DNA of 63,815 bases, the filler included, from Lenisia limosa (Eukaryota; Protista; Breviatea): the NCBI GenBank assembly GCA_001655205.1. It is 13 parts of 13 records of this genome, joined end to end, with 100 filler letters (N's around TTAATTAATTAA, not from the genome) between each part and the next. Parts side by side here need not be neighbours in the genome. Positions count along the whole stretch, not along the records: positions 5,531 to 17,062 come from LPNZ01002192.1; positions 17,163 to 20,143 come from LPNZ01004267.1; positions 20,244 to 32,599 come from LPNZ01008802.1; 10 more parts are not named here. The stretch is one strand, 5' to 3'. The notes below the pieces were generated by a model. The model was not told the DNA's origin. It saw only the letters and a program-made list of their open reading frames with translations, and ran no database searches. Made by a program: the position numbers and the translations under genes. Below, piece after piece: positions 10,838 to 23,500 of this stretch. Each line of letters opens with the position of its first letter. Positions within the stretch are counted from its first letter, which is position 1.

Positions 10838-12800
10838 CTTTCGGACTCGAGGGAGGCACTCCCTCATAGAAAATGCCGTTGAAATAACAGTTTGGGCAGG
10901 GTGAGCATCATAGGAGAGCAGCCCACTTACTGCATAAAAACAATCCCCAAAGGTCTCAACTACAACAGTGAGTATATTTGCTTATTTAATTACTCCTATA
11001 CGAATTAGACTTCTGAACAACTTTATCAAGTTCCCTAATATAGTTACGAGAATAAAGAAACACACTTGAAAAGCACATCCAAAAGTTGAAATAGAGTTAT
11101 AGTTGACAACTGAGTTGTCATACGAGTGAAAAACACAACATCTGCAAACAATATACCTAAACCAATGAAACATTTTCATGGCTTACCAATACAAGGAACA
11201 TACTCAGCAACATGTTCACCATTTTCCAATCTTTTGATTACAGTCTAATATTAGTTGAACACCTAATTGTGTTACCTGAGGTAGAAGTTTGGCCAATAAC
11301 GACTGCTGTCCTTGTCTAAGCTGAATCTCTTGTTTCTATTATATAAAATCACACAATTGGAAACAAACAAACCCTTAAGTGTGAAATAACCTCAAGAACA
11401 CTGTTGAAATAATTCGCAATTTCCCCTAGTTCATCCCCTGCTATTACAGGGATGTGGTTTACTACGACGTCTTCCTTTTCATGAAGCAGCCCAACAACTT
11501 TCGCAATCTAAAAATGAAACAAAATGTGAAAAAAAAAAACAGTTTGAGTAAGCAAATTGATCTTAGAAAAAAGGCCAATTTCGAAGAAAAGACACAGAAC
11601 AAATGATGAACTAATAGCAGCAGTGAACACCACAATTGTAAGAGTAACAGTCAAGTCTTTACCAAAGTCCTTAATGTGACTCTACAAGGTAATATGCAAA
11701 AGCACAAACGTCTGAATCCACCCGAAGGAAGATAAATGTTGAGTTTGTCTGGTCTCTAAGTGGAAAATAGACTGCCATTCTCTGTGCTCCTTCAAACATT
11801 TTTACACCCTGAAAGCTTCACAAATATCTTTGCTGTTTCTTACCTTACTAAAAGGACAAAACCGTGATTTTGCGTCAGAACCTGAAGGAACCTCGGCAAT
11901 GACAGCATAGTCCTCTTCAAATGAAAATCCTAGGTCAAGAACACTTAATCCTTTTAAATTGCTTGGAATCAAGAGGAAGTCCTCCGATGGATAGAAAAAC
12001 TGAACAGACACACATTGGTAAAGAGTGTCGGCAAGCTCAGACTACAAATTGAGGCAAACTAGGAACTTACCACCAACTGGCTTCCTACTACCTTGCCCAG
12101 AACAATACCACCAAGAAGAGCACCATTTTCACTTAATATGGGGGTATAAACAGTCTTAATTATTATGACACCTCAACCACAAACCAAATAAAAATTGTCA
12201 TCAACCAATAAAATGGAATACGCCATTGTTGCACTTGGTCTAATCTTAGTATCATATTCTAAGGTTACCCCTTCTTCTATGGTCCCAGGATAGTGTTGGG
12301 AGTCTAGAATGATCAATTTTCCACAATACCTACCTAAGCTATCTCTAGTGCCAACCTTGGAATAGATAATTTGAAAAGTTGGGTCAACAAAAACAACCAG
12401 TGACCCTGTGATTGAGGTAAAAATATCCCCATCAAAATGGTCTTTAAAAAGATCGTGTAACTGCATTGGCCTAATGAATAACGAGAAAGGACACTACTGT
12501 TTAGAGGCAAGCGATACTCGAGTAATATTTCTTTTTATAACTGTTGTTAATACGGATTCAATTCGTAAAAACTCCCTGGAGAAAAAGCCTACAGCCCTAC
12601 ATATCAAAATTGAATGAACCTACAGATACGGGAACAACATCAGCCTTTCATTTTCAGCTTTTCCAAATGTCTCACTCACAGATGACTGTAAAACAAAGAA
12701 AAAGAGAGTTGCAGAAAACTAAACACAACAATAAACATACAAACTCCAAACCACTGTTACAAATAAATATGGCGAAAATAGCTTTGGTCTCAGACTCTTC
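10838..12800 (-). CDS. Receptor-type class III nucleotide cyclase (guanylyl-type): extracellular sensor, TM, HAMP, cyclase; ends not resolved
   Basis: Spliced: TM (LTVTLTIVVFTAAISSSFVLCLFF), HAMP (AGDELGEIANYFNSVLE), SLLAKLLPQTVIKRLENGEHVAEY, GILFADVVFFTRM...LFQLLDVLFKELDKVV, VETFGDCFYAVSGLL...HPAQ..STAFSMRECL. Introns mostly 27-31 nt. One junction near 10990 could not be phased; may continue to ~8600. Confidence 0.85.
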
Positions 12801-14228
12801 CACCAAGGAAAAACAATAAACCCCTTTTTCTTTAAAAAGGAATCTTCAAGCTAAACAATAAAATCTCCAAAAACCTCACTGAAAACTCAATAGACAATAT
12901 TCTTGGGTTGTATTTGTGACTTGTTCGTGGTCTCTTTGATTTGACATGTGAGTTAAACTCCCTAACATCTTTCTCGTCTAAATAATCTTTAAATCTTGGC
13001 ATTCCACAATATCATATTGGAAAAAAATATATCTACAACAAAGTCGAAAACAAACCTGAAAACCCAACAAGCATGACAGGTGCCTGGCCCAAACAAACTT
13101 AAACTTTCCATTGAAATTTGACTTGAAACCATGGGGTAGTAAAATATTTATACCTGGGGAGCTCGACCTGTTGAGTATATTTAAAATTCATCAATCGTAA
13201 AACATGAGTATTTTTTGAATCATCGGCTTCATGTTGGCAGTCTTGTTCTTTCAATCAAAGAAAACTAAGATTACTTTGAATCTTTGGCAAATTGATAATG
13301 TTCATTTCGAACCAGACATCCAACAAGCGAAAGTATGCCATCATGATTCTTGAACAGGAATGATGGAGTAAAGAAAGGGGAGGACTGTCAAATGAGACCG
13401 CTTTCCATGATAAACGAAGTGAAAATACGCCTCAATGCCTTTCTCAAGCAATTTCTATCATCTTAGATCGAACCCTCTCTCTTTGTTTTAGTTTCTACAC
13501 CTAAACTGTCAACTGCGATCTTATTATCATTTTGGATTTGGGTATGTTGTTATATTTGTGATGTGGGAGTGGTGGGGGGTGGGGGGTATAGTCTACATGT
13601 ATATGTCTACCAAAATCCTCCACTATTTATCTGACAAACTTTCTGGGAGGATGATGTTCCATCCCCTATCTCTNNNNNNNNNNNNNNNNNNNNNNNNNNN
13701 NNNNNNNNNNNNNNNNNNNNNATTTTAGTGTTCCGTCCATTACCCAGCTTGCGAGTGCCCATCAAAAGGTGCAATATTGATATATTATAATATAGCTATA
13801 TTAGAGATACAAAATGTTTTTGAAGAGGGGGATGACGTTTCCTCCCCTTGTTTCGAAGCAGCATTAATATCTTTAACTTTACAAGAATTTGAAACCAATT
13901 TTTGAAATACAGTAGAAAACAAATCACCCCAAAAAAGAAGGATAGATCATTTTACTTCTAATTTTGCGAGATAAACACAAAACATTTTAGACTTGTTTTT
14001 CTCAAAATGAGTGAATTTCTTAAAAAAAAAATAAAGAAAAAAAAGGCAGAAGTACTCGCGAAAACCAGAATAGCGAAAAAAAAAAATTGAACGGCCGCAG
14101 ATATTATATAAGGAGTAGAAGGGGGCTCAGAAGGGGAAGCACTCCAAGAGACTTTCGTGAACTAGTTCGATGTGTATATATTAACAATACAAGATCTTTA
14201 CTATGATTAATCCAACTAAAACGTCACG

Positions 14229-15133
14229 GTGGCGCGCAGTTTCCCAGGGAGACATAACCTTGCGCTTATTAACAAAGACGTTTACGCACCTGGTCTTCCC
14301 TACCGTTACAACACCATCAACGGTCCATTCTTGAAGAGTCTCTTCTCCCACATCAATCTACATACTCCTCCTGGAACTGCATTCTTTACCCCTTCTTACA
14401 TCGATCCATCCCCACTTTCAAGCCGAAGCCCACACCTGAGACAATCATCAAGTTCTATACAAAGCTGAATGAAAGGCACTCAAAGGGCAATTTGCAGCAC
14501 CAGTTTGCAATGGTCAAGTCAACCTAGGAGCGAGTACAGAAGGATATTAGCAGCAATAACCCATTCTATGAAGGGGCTGCCTCAATGGCTGTTCTTCTCT
14601 GTGCTGATGCCCCCCCTTCCGCCTTAAAGAAAGTTCTCGCTGCTTCAACAATCTTGTATGCCTCTTCTGATCACCAACAAGCAATACATGACTCCAAAGC
14701 CATATGTGATAGTGTGTTAAAGGTTTGAATGAATTGTAATTATTACAACCTGTATTATTTTTTTTACAAGAGAATTCCTTACAATTCTCTAGGTTTTGGA
14801 AGTCGGCGCCATTACTGAAGGAGTCCCTCAAATTGCTGTCGTCCCTTTGTCTCCCGGAGAACAAATTGTGTCAATTGAGGAAGACAAGGTAATTACCAAA
14901 TTAGAAAACATCAAGGAAGACAGAATTCGAAACCAAAGATTCTCAACCGAATTGGGTGGAATTATCGGTCCGAAAGTATGTTAAAAATGTACTTGCTTTG
15001 TAACCATTTACTCTTTCAGATTCTTTATGACAACTTTGACGGTGTGGAAACACTGGATGCCAACCGCAAACGCCGTGCCTCAGCAGAACCTACCGGCCAG
15101 AAGACAACAGCAAAGAAGAAGTACAAGAAGTAA
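14229..15133 (+). pseudogene. Unknown family X, copy A (frameshift + in-frame TAG; spliced 3' end)
   Basis: NKDVYAPGLPYRY..INGPFLKSLFSHINLHTPP and DISSNNPFYEGAASM align with copies B and C; TAG near 14527; last exon ILYDNFDG...RKRRASAEPTGQKTTAKKKYKK*. Confidence 0.65.
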
Positions 15134-16426
15134 CTTGTACCTATGGTCGATTGTGTATTTTCTCAAGTGTATGTGATTATTTTTTTGAAATATATCTACT
15201 TATTTTTTATCAAAAGAACCTCTCATTGCGTTTTTAGTGAAAGAAAGTTGTTTGTTACTGCATATTCAATAATAACAAACAAAACCAAGTAAAAACTCCT
15301 CTTTCTTTTTTTTTTGTCGAATAATCGGATATAATCGGATTAAATGACGCTAGCATATATAGGAACAATGGGATAGTTGGTGTAGTGTGACCAACCAACA
15401 AGTATCAAATATCAAAGGGAAATACAAACAAAAAGTGGCTTTTACACGTTATGTGAAACTTCCAGGGAATACAACCTTAATTGATTGTTAATTTATTTTT
15501 TTTACCCTTTTTTTAGCCAGCTCTCACAGTTGTTCTGCACTCCAGGCATTCTTTTGGTCAGTTTATATTTTCTATTATCTCTCTCTGTCTCTGATTACCC
15601 TGCTAATTGTTCAGAGTTTACAATGAACGAGTAAGCTGCTGATTCAAGGATGTTAAAATTTTAGAGTTTGACAGCCCTAGCCTGTGATTATAATTCGTTT
15701 TCATTGCGGAAATTTTTGGAGTTTAAAACTGATGAAACGTTCTTAACTGAGAACACAGCTTGACTTTTTTGGATAGACTTAAGCGCATTCACTTGGTCCA
15801 ACTTCCCTTTCTGGTTGATACTTCACTTTCTGTTTGTTTAGTCTCCGGTCTCTTTGTTCTATTTTGTGATTGGTTTCAGAATATTAAATTATTGTTAATT
15901 CACATAATATTGTACACATACATACATATAATACATACTCATATAGTACCAATATGATATATATATACATATATAGTAAAGCTATTTCCAAATAATATTT
16001 TACTACAAATTGAAACACTAATAATGATATCTAATAAATGAAAAATATAGTATAATAAATCTATTATACATGTAAGATTGAAAGGTTGTGGCAAGAAGGG
16101 TGGGGCACTTAGTTTACCCAATAAAAACCTACTTTTTTTTTTTGTGCATATTATTGTGAATCCCTTTGAAAAAGAAACTTTTGTTTTTACCTCTCTTGTT
16201 AATTATTTTTTTCTATATGTGTATGCTACCCCGCAGAATTCCCGTGAATTATCCGTATTTCCGTAAATTATTATTTTCTCTAATTTTTTTGGGTTAAATG
16301 CACCAAAATTNNNNNNNNNNNNNNNNNNNNNNNNNNNNNNNNNNNNNNNNNNNNNNNNNNNNNNNNNNNNNNNNNNNNNNNNNNNNNNNNNNNNNNNNNN
16401 NNNNNNNNNNNNNNNNNNNNNNNNNN

Positions 16427-17062
16427 TGGTAACGTAGAACTGGCAGGGACGCTTTACGTCATCAATTGTAGGTCCAACTTGGCAGGTGCGGAAAATAGCC
16501 TTATTTACAATGTTTCGATTTACATCACTTTCAATAAGTGCACGTGTATAGAGTGAGGATGACTCAAAGACGCGTGGGTTCCGCAGGGACACGGAAGAAA
16601 TGGTGGCCGCAACACCCTCCAAAAAGCTGCGATCTTCAGAGGAGAGCTCTTTTGTGTGGGGGTCATTCTTGAGGAAGGTTCTGGCACGGAGTCCAAGTGC
16701 CTGTTCATACGCAAGGTCTCCATCTTCTTTAACTGCTTGGATAGAGCTGCGGAATTCTGCAGTTTGTCGAATTGAGGGAGTGTTGAGGAATGTTGGTTCA
16801 GCGGGGGTTTTGAGATAAAGGTTGGGTGCATTTGGAGGTGCATGGATGTTGGAATGTGTGAAGAGTGCACGGAGGTAATTGTAGGAAACTAGTGGGTAAT
16901 CAAGGGGACGGTATGTTTCTCCTTTTTCGTAAACATTTATGTCCACAAGGAACGGGTCATATCCATCAACGGTGTACCCACATGCCTTTTGTGAGGCCCG
17001 GAGGCGTCATATGAGGGATGCTTCATTGCCTTGCTTACAATCTCGGTCACTTCGTGAGGGCG
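16427..17062 (-). pseudogene. Unknown family X, copy B (one 1-nt frameshift near 17003; truncated by gaps)
   Basis: EVTEIVSKAMKHPSYDA/LRASQKACGYTVDGYDPFLVDINVYEKGETYRPLDYPLVSYNYLRALFTHSNIH...ELSSEDRSFLEGVAATISSV; the frameshift could be a sequencing error. Confidence 0.7.
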
Positions 17063-17162
17063 NNNNNNNNNNNNNNNNNNNNNNNNNNNNNNNNNNNNNN
17101 NNNNNNTTAATTAATTAANNNNNNNNNNNNNNNNNNNNNNNNNNNNNNNNNNNNNNNNNNNN

Positions 17163-20143
17163 TGGGCTCTTCCCCTTGGGCTTCTCAACGACTGGCGTGG
17201 GCTGCATGACGTCCTAATATCGTAAACCTGTAGAAAAATGGGACACTTATTCGGCCAAGATAATGGTAATGGGTTTTAGAATCATGCAGAAGCCTTTCAA
17301 ACAATCATGCTTTTGAGAGATACTATTGGATTCTATCACGTTCATGGAATAATAATAATAATAATTATAAAAAAATACAGATATGCCACCCTGAGAATCG
17401 ACTAAGTTACAAACCTTCGGGGTATAGGTGGCGGTTGTTTTGGACTGGATGAACACTTTGGGAGAGCTTGGGCTGCGGGGGGGGTGAGTAGAGTTGTAAC
17501 AAGGGCCTTGGACAAGGCGTGGATTTGATATTCTGTTCATTTTCTCCACAAATTCATTGCTAAATATTTTCAATTTTCAATTTTATTACACATTTTGTAA
17601 ATATTTTGTAATCAAAACATTCTTGAAATCCCCCCACCCCCCAGTTACCTATTCTCCTTACTAGAGAGAGGAGAGCGAAGAGCCATGGGGCTGGAGGGGG
17701 ACTTGGCTTTTCTGGCAGAGATAAAATGGGAAATTGATGAAACAAACAAGGCTCAACATAAATTTGTTGGCTAGTAGAGTCAACAAAACAAAGCACAGGC
17801 CAGTCGCTTATACAGCACCGGATAATAGAGTAAAATAAGGCTTGATGTAGCGATGGTGGTGAGGGGGCAGAAGGGAAAATTTATAAAAACAACAACAAAA
17901 AAATAAAAAACAATCTTCTAAAATCAACTCTGTTCGTTAAACTAAACTTATCAGTTNNNNNNNNNNNNNNNNNNNNNNNNNNNNNNNNNNNNNNNNNNNN
18001 NNNNNNNNNNNNNNNNNNNNNNNNNNNNNNNNNNNNNNNNNNNNNNNNNNNNNNTCTCGATGAACGCGTGTCTATAAGGTGAGTTTTCAGGATTTTAGGA
18101 TAAAGTTGATTTCCCCATATTTTTAGGGTTGGGTGCTCATGTTTTTGGGGTCTATATGGGAGCTCATGTTTTTTTAGGGGTAGGCGAGCAGCAAAATTGT
18201 AGAGATATGAAAAGGCCAAACACAAAATAATTGTGTTCATACATTGGTACTGTATCAAATGCGTATTATTTGAATTCGTCTTTAGACCAGCACCCCTCTC
18301 ACCTCCTTGTTTTGATAAATCCGTAGAAATTAGAGGCCTGAGGGGATGCGTCGTCAAAGAGAACGTCACAATGTTGCGCGTGGACGCCAATCACTGTGCC
18401 ACGCGCACCGTATGGGAACTAGGGGGTAAAATAAACGAAATTTCGATAAAGAATACTTGCGAAGGTATTAATAACGAACTGAATTATCTAAAACTCCAAA
18501 CACGGTGAGGGGGTGAGTTAAACAATCAAACAAACAACCTGAGAATTAAGACGAAGGAAGTGTTGAAGATGAATAGTTATGCAACAAAAAACCGAAACCA
18601 ACTCTGTATGTGACAACACACGAGGTTGAGAACAACACAACCAAAACAAACAAAGCTCAGCTGAGTGAAATTATATTATAAAATATAAAACCCCCAAGAG
18701 CGAATATGTTGCCTTCAAGAGTTCAATTATCTATAATGACGTGGACAGCTTCGGCCAGATATACCCTTGTTATTTCTCATTTCTACATGTAATATATCAA
18801 AATGTATATATTGCTATTATCAGATGCAACCTTGTTGTATTTCTCATATCTGGGACACCCCTCACCTGCGAATGATGGTCCATATTTACCACACGGGTGT
18901 TCAGACGAAATTCTCCTAGGGATGTGGTGAGGTCAAAATTAAGACCAAAATCCTTAGTCGACTTTTGGGTTACTCAGAGTTCGGAGTTTTAAAATGGAAT
19001 TCCGGTCCTTAAGTCGGATTCTTGCCTCTCCACATCAACATTGATATTCCATGCAACACAATTCACCCACACACTCTCACAAACGACAGTGTACCCCATA
19101 CCTATGTAGAATATACAGAGACCGGCCAAAATACTCCCATCATCTATGATTCATTATTCCTATTATCCCTATTATTCCTAATATTCCTAATATTCCTAAT
19201 ATCACCTCCTACCAGGCTGTCCCGGGAATCCAGCGTGGTCGATAATAAATTGGTTCGACTTCAGAGTCTTTACCTCTGTCTGAGGGGTGAAGGAGAGGGG
19301 GTTGATAATTTTTGAAAAAGCACAAAATCAACTTTTGGCTTGAAAAACACAAAGGAAAACAACATTACAAAAAGCCCAGGCCAATCGCTTTGGCAGCAAA
19401 TGCATCCAATCATTCCAGCGTACGTTAGTGAAGGATATTTTAAATTTCAACCCTACCACTTAATCCTACAATCGCTTGTAGTGATCTACACCCCAACACC
19501 TCCATAATCCAATAAACAAACACATAACAAAATATATAATAAAACTAATATTCCAAACTTCATCTCCATTGCAAGATCGGCTCTTGAAATGATCTCAGTT
19601 TTCACTCCAGTACTCAACAACAACACTCCTTTCCCCATCTATCAAACCTTCAATAACCCAATCATCCATCAATCAAACCAACACCTTCATCATTCATCAA
19701 ACACACAAATATTCTTAGCTTCCTCAATATTATCGCGCAATATCCGCCTTTGTAATGAACCATAAAATCAATCATAACATCCCATACTACTTAGGGCTCC
19801 CTTGTGGTCCAAAAACAAAGGTAAAATATTGATATTTATTGCGGATTTATCGGGCTATTTTTGGGAATGTAGGGAAGCCTTACAAATAAATGTAAATTTC
19901 AACCAAAGTTAAACATTTATTTGTTTCCCTAGATTTTTAATGGTATTATTTATCTTGTTCAAAAAACAAAAACAATAAAAACAAAAGAACATATCTTTCC
20001 TTCAATATGACCCCTTTACCCCCAACTCCCGACCTTCATCTCAGTAGAAATGTCTGCCCTTGTAATTATTTCAGATTCGAGCTGGCGGGCTCCATTGGGA
20101 TCTAACATCCAGGCAGAGTTGTGGAACAGAACAGTGTGAGGGC
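17163..20143 (-). CDS. XRN1: 5'-3' exoribonuclease XRN1, C-terminal part (SH3-like domain + low-complexity tail)
   Basis: Exons ~18857-18915 and ~18300-18418 splice to GEFRLNTRVVNMDHHSQFPYGARGTVIGVHAQHCDVLFDD, matching the XRN1 F.L.DRVVNV...VP.GLRGT..G...DVLFD motif; upstream exons near 20030-20143 and 19210-19279 are compatible. Confidence 0.8.
17712..17821 (-). repeat. I3R copy ending at an XRN1 acceptor (second partial copy at ~17865-17940)
   Basis: CGGTGCTGTATAAGCGACTGGCCTGTGCTTTG...TAGCCAACAAATTT...TTTCATCAATTTCCCATTTTATCTCTGCCAG|. Confidence 0.75.
18539..18660 (-). repeat. I3R copy in XRN1 intron; solo terminal motif at the acceptor 18419-18455
   Basis: CAACCTCGTGTGTTGTCACATACAGAGTTGGTTTCGG...CTTCCTTCGTCTTAA; the true acceptor reads TATTCTTTATCGAAATTTCGTTTATTTTACCCCCTAG|. 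Confidence 0.7.
19280..19410 (-). repeat. I3R copy ending at an XRN1 acceptor
   Basis: GGATGCATTTGCTGCCAAAGCGATTGGCCTGGGCTTTTT...AGCCAAAAGTTGATTTTGTGC...CACCCCTCAG|. Confidence 0.78.
19794..19880. mobile_element. MITE family 1 variant (TIR GGGCTCCCT/AGGGAAGCC), TA-flanked
   Basis: TA|GGGCTCCCTTGTGGTCC...GGGAATGTAGGGAAGCCT|TA with a degenerate family-1 core. Confidence 0.65.
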
Positions 20144-20591
20144 NNNNNNNNNNNNNNNNNNNNNNNNNNNNNNNNNNNNNNNNNNNNTTAATTAATTAAN
20201 NNNNNNNNNNNNNNNNNNNNNNNNNNNNNNNNNNNNNNNNNNNTATGAGAAGAAGCAGAATGTGTTTATAAAACTGAAAAAAGCTAAAGACTGCTCACAA
20301 CTCAAAAGAAGAAAAAGTGTGGTGTTTTTTAACAAATGAAAGAATGCAAAAGTGAGTTCAAACCTGGTAGGAGTGTCGAAACCAGTTGCAACATGATGAC
20401 TTCGCTGATCATTCCTACACATTTTCAAGTTGGCTAAATTAAGCATGTTCTTCTCAATAGGTAATAAGCGCGGGAGCATGAAATGTGTTTCTATGGATTG
20501 TTTTTGTCTTCACACTCGGGTCCATCGATATTAATCGAAGGTCTTTTTTGGAACCGAAAGTGAAAAACAAATTGGCATTATACCATAAAGC

Positions 20592-23500
20592 TTACCTTAA
20601 ACCCGGATTTAGGCTCCACAGCCCCTGGTGTTTACTTGGGTGTGAGGCCGGATAACTGGTCATAGAAGCAACGGGTCCGGATATGGCTGTGGAAGGAAGG
20701 CCAATTTGTCCGGAGGGAGGCGGAACTGAACTACTGCGCGCATGAGGTGCGCGTAAAGACGCAATTCTCGGTGGCGTGCTGTGATCGGGGCCACCAGTAG
20801 TGGGTTGATTAGTTTGGATTACTGCGGGCGGGACTGAGAAACCCCTGGAATTACGGGGGGAAGGAATTGAACTTCGGGGTTCTGCCGCTGGTACCGGGGG
20901 GAACTGTTTTGCGATCCATTCGGAAAAAGGCATTTCAGTCGAGGATAATGGGGCTCCCATTGTCCCCGCGGGCGGCTTTGTGTACCATTGTGATGCGGTG
21001 TCAGTTTGTTCGGGAAGAAAGTCGGCAATCGAAGGCAGCCCATCGGAAGCTTGTCGGAAGTCAGAAGTGATCGGAGCCGACGGAATCATTGTCGAGTTTT
21101 GGGTTAGAGAAGGGGGAGGAGCACACTGACTGGTAGGATTTTCTAATTGGGTTCTTGGGGCACCTTGGTTCACCATCCGATTTTGGATTTCGGAGAGGCT
21201 CAGATGAATAGAGATATCATGTGATGGTTGGTAGCCCTGGAGTTTGGACTGGATTTGGCTGAGAGAAGGCGTGGGTTGGGGGGTCATTGAAACAGGCTGT
21301 TTTGCTTCTTTCTTGAGCCAATAACCAGGGGCTGACTGTGTTGCTTCTTTCTGGTACCAATTGTCAGAGGTTATTGTGGAATGTGGAGGCTCAGGAAAGC
21401 TGATATCGGAATATTGTGATACTGTTGGTTTGAAAGCAGGCATTATTAGCCCTTTGGAGTACGGTTGTGAGGAGTCATAGAACTGTACTCGAGAGTGTTG
21501 AGGGGAGGGAGTCGGGAGAGAGTGGCTTGCTAAGGGCGCAATGGAGGTTGTGAGTGTTGTGAGTGACGGCAGCGAGCGAATAGCCAAAAGTTGCGTTTTG
21601 TCGGATAGAATCACGGATAGACGGGCTCGTGAATCAGGCTTCCATCGGAGGAACTTTAGCAAAAGTTCGGAAATTGCAGGGTCGAATTGAGAGATCTGTA
21701 GAGCCTATGTGGTTAAATGAGAAATCATATCAAATTAGTAAAGAACCACGATCACATATTTGTAGTATCATACAATGTAGAAATGAGAAAATAAAGGGAC
21801 TATGATGATAGATGCAAAGGACTTTTGAATTTTTGAGTTAAATGAAACGTCAGGATGTAAAGATTATTCTTGGATTTTGGGGTTTGTTTTGAGTAACTGA
21901 AAACCCAACCTGTATAAGATGTGGACCCCCCCCCCCCTTTACCAGAGGGCCTTTAGGTGGCCACTGAACATTTTCGGTCATAAATGGCAAATCACCCGGT
22001 AGTGGTGGGCCGATAAGCTGCAGTGTGAATACGAGTAGAACATTATGCATAATTGTTAGGGTGAATGAAAATATGCTGGGGAGGCACGCAGAAAGCTGTG
22101 TGCACAGAGTTGGAAGGCAAATGATTGGGTGAATTAATATTATAGAATAATAAGCGTGGCCAGATACAACCTTTTTCATTTCTCATTGCTATATGACGTA
22201 TATTACTAATTATGTCGTTTTATATGTAGTATAATTGTGTAATACTATGTGCAGCAGAAAGCTGTGTGCACATTGTAAGGCAAATGATACTATACGCTGG
22301 GGAGGCACCAGAAAGTTGTGTATACAAAGGGCCAAACTTTGTTATTATTCAGGGCTTCACTTCGGTTCAAAAAAGACTGAATTTTTCGATAAATCCTCGA
22401 AAATTCACGATATTTCCCCGAACCGAAGTGAAGCATTAACGTAATAATGTATTGGAAAGTAATAAGGTACGTCACTTGGCCGTGAATATACCCTGACTGT
22501 GAACATAGGGCATTGTTTTTTTCTTTCTTTTCAATATTACTTGATATTGCTGAAGATTTTTTCAAAATAAGTATGATATTGCAAAAATATTATTGTCAGA
22601 TCCTCCCTCCCTACTTCTGCCATTGATGCCAAAAGAGAGTCCGGAGACTTCACAGCAGCAAAAGTATTAGTACCAAGTAAGGCCGTCAGTAAGTGCACCC
22701 CAACACGCCAGCTGTCAGAATCCTAAAAAAAATGTTGTTTTATTTTTGCAGAAAAGTCTATATTGAAATCACGGTTGACTGTGCAAAAAGAAAAACACCC
22801 ACAGAAAACGACAGAAACAATGATGTTTGAGGGATTATTATGTTACTTAGCAGAGAGTTCCACGGGCATGTATTTAGCAAAGAAACTGAACTTGATTATG
22901 TCTTTAAATAATTTCACAGGCATGTAATTTTTCAGGACTTGGTGATGTATGTTATTCGCAAAGGAATGCCATTATTTATAGCACAGATTTCACAAATTAA
23001 TAGATTTCCCTTCAAGTCCCAATATATAGTAAACATTACAGGGGTTTTTCGTCACTTGTAATACAAGACATTTACTAAATAAGGCTTGTCATAGAGACAA
23101 AAATTCTCGATTAATCGTCGAAACACCTGAAAAGAACCAACCTCGGAGGGAGAAAGGTCGGGAAGAAAACACTCTTCAGGGGCCCGGGTAATGAGAGGGA
23201 AATTGGACTCGGGTGGCCATACGGCGTCTCCAGGTTTATTGGACGGATCGTGGGGGTTGGAAGATCCTGGAAGGAGAGAAAGGGACCACTTGAACTTGAC
23301 TTGGCTGTTGCTGTAGGTGATGTTCGAGGGAGGAAGGCTTGATAGCGACATCCCATTTTGATGGAGCTGTGCGGTTTTCCTGGTAAGGGGTAAAATCAAA
23401 TCAGAAAAATGAATAACTAATAATTTAAGTTTAAAAACATTCATCAACATAAATATACATTTTCCCTTTAATTTGAGAAAGGGTTGTGGTTTAGCAGGCT

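Noticed and set aside
12490-14530. Stop-codon reassignment suggested by in-frame TAG codons
   Set aside because: The TAG near 12505 lies in a 27-nt GT-AG intron, the one near 14527 is in a copy that also has a frameshift, and no conserved exon of integrin, dynein, PSMB2 or DDX56 contains an in-frame stop.
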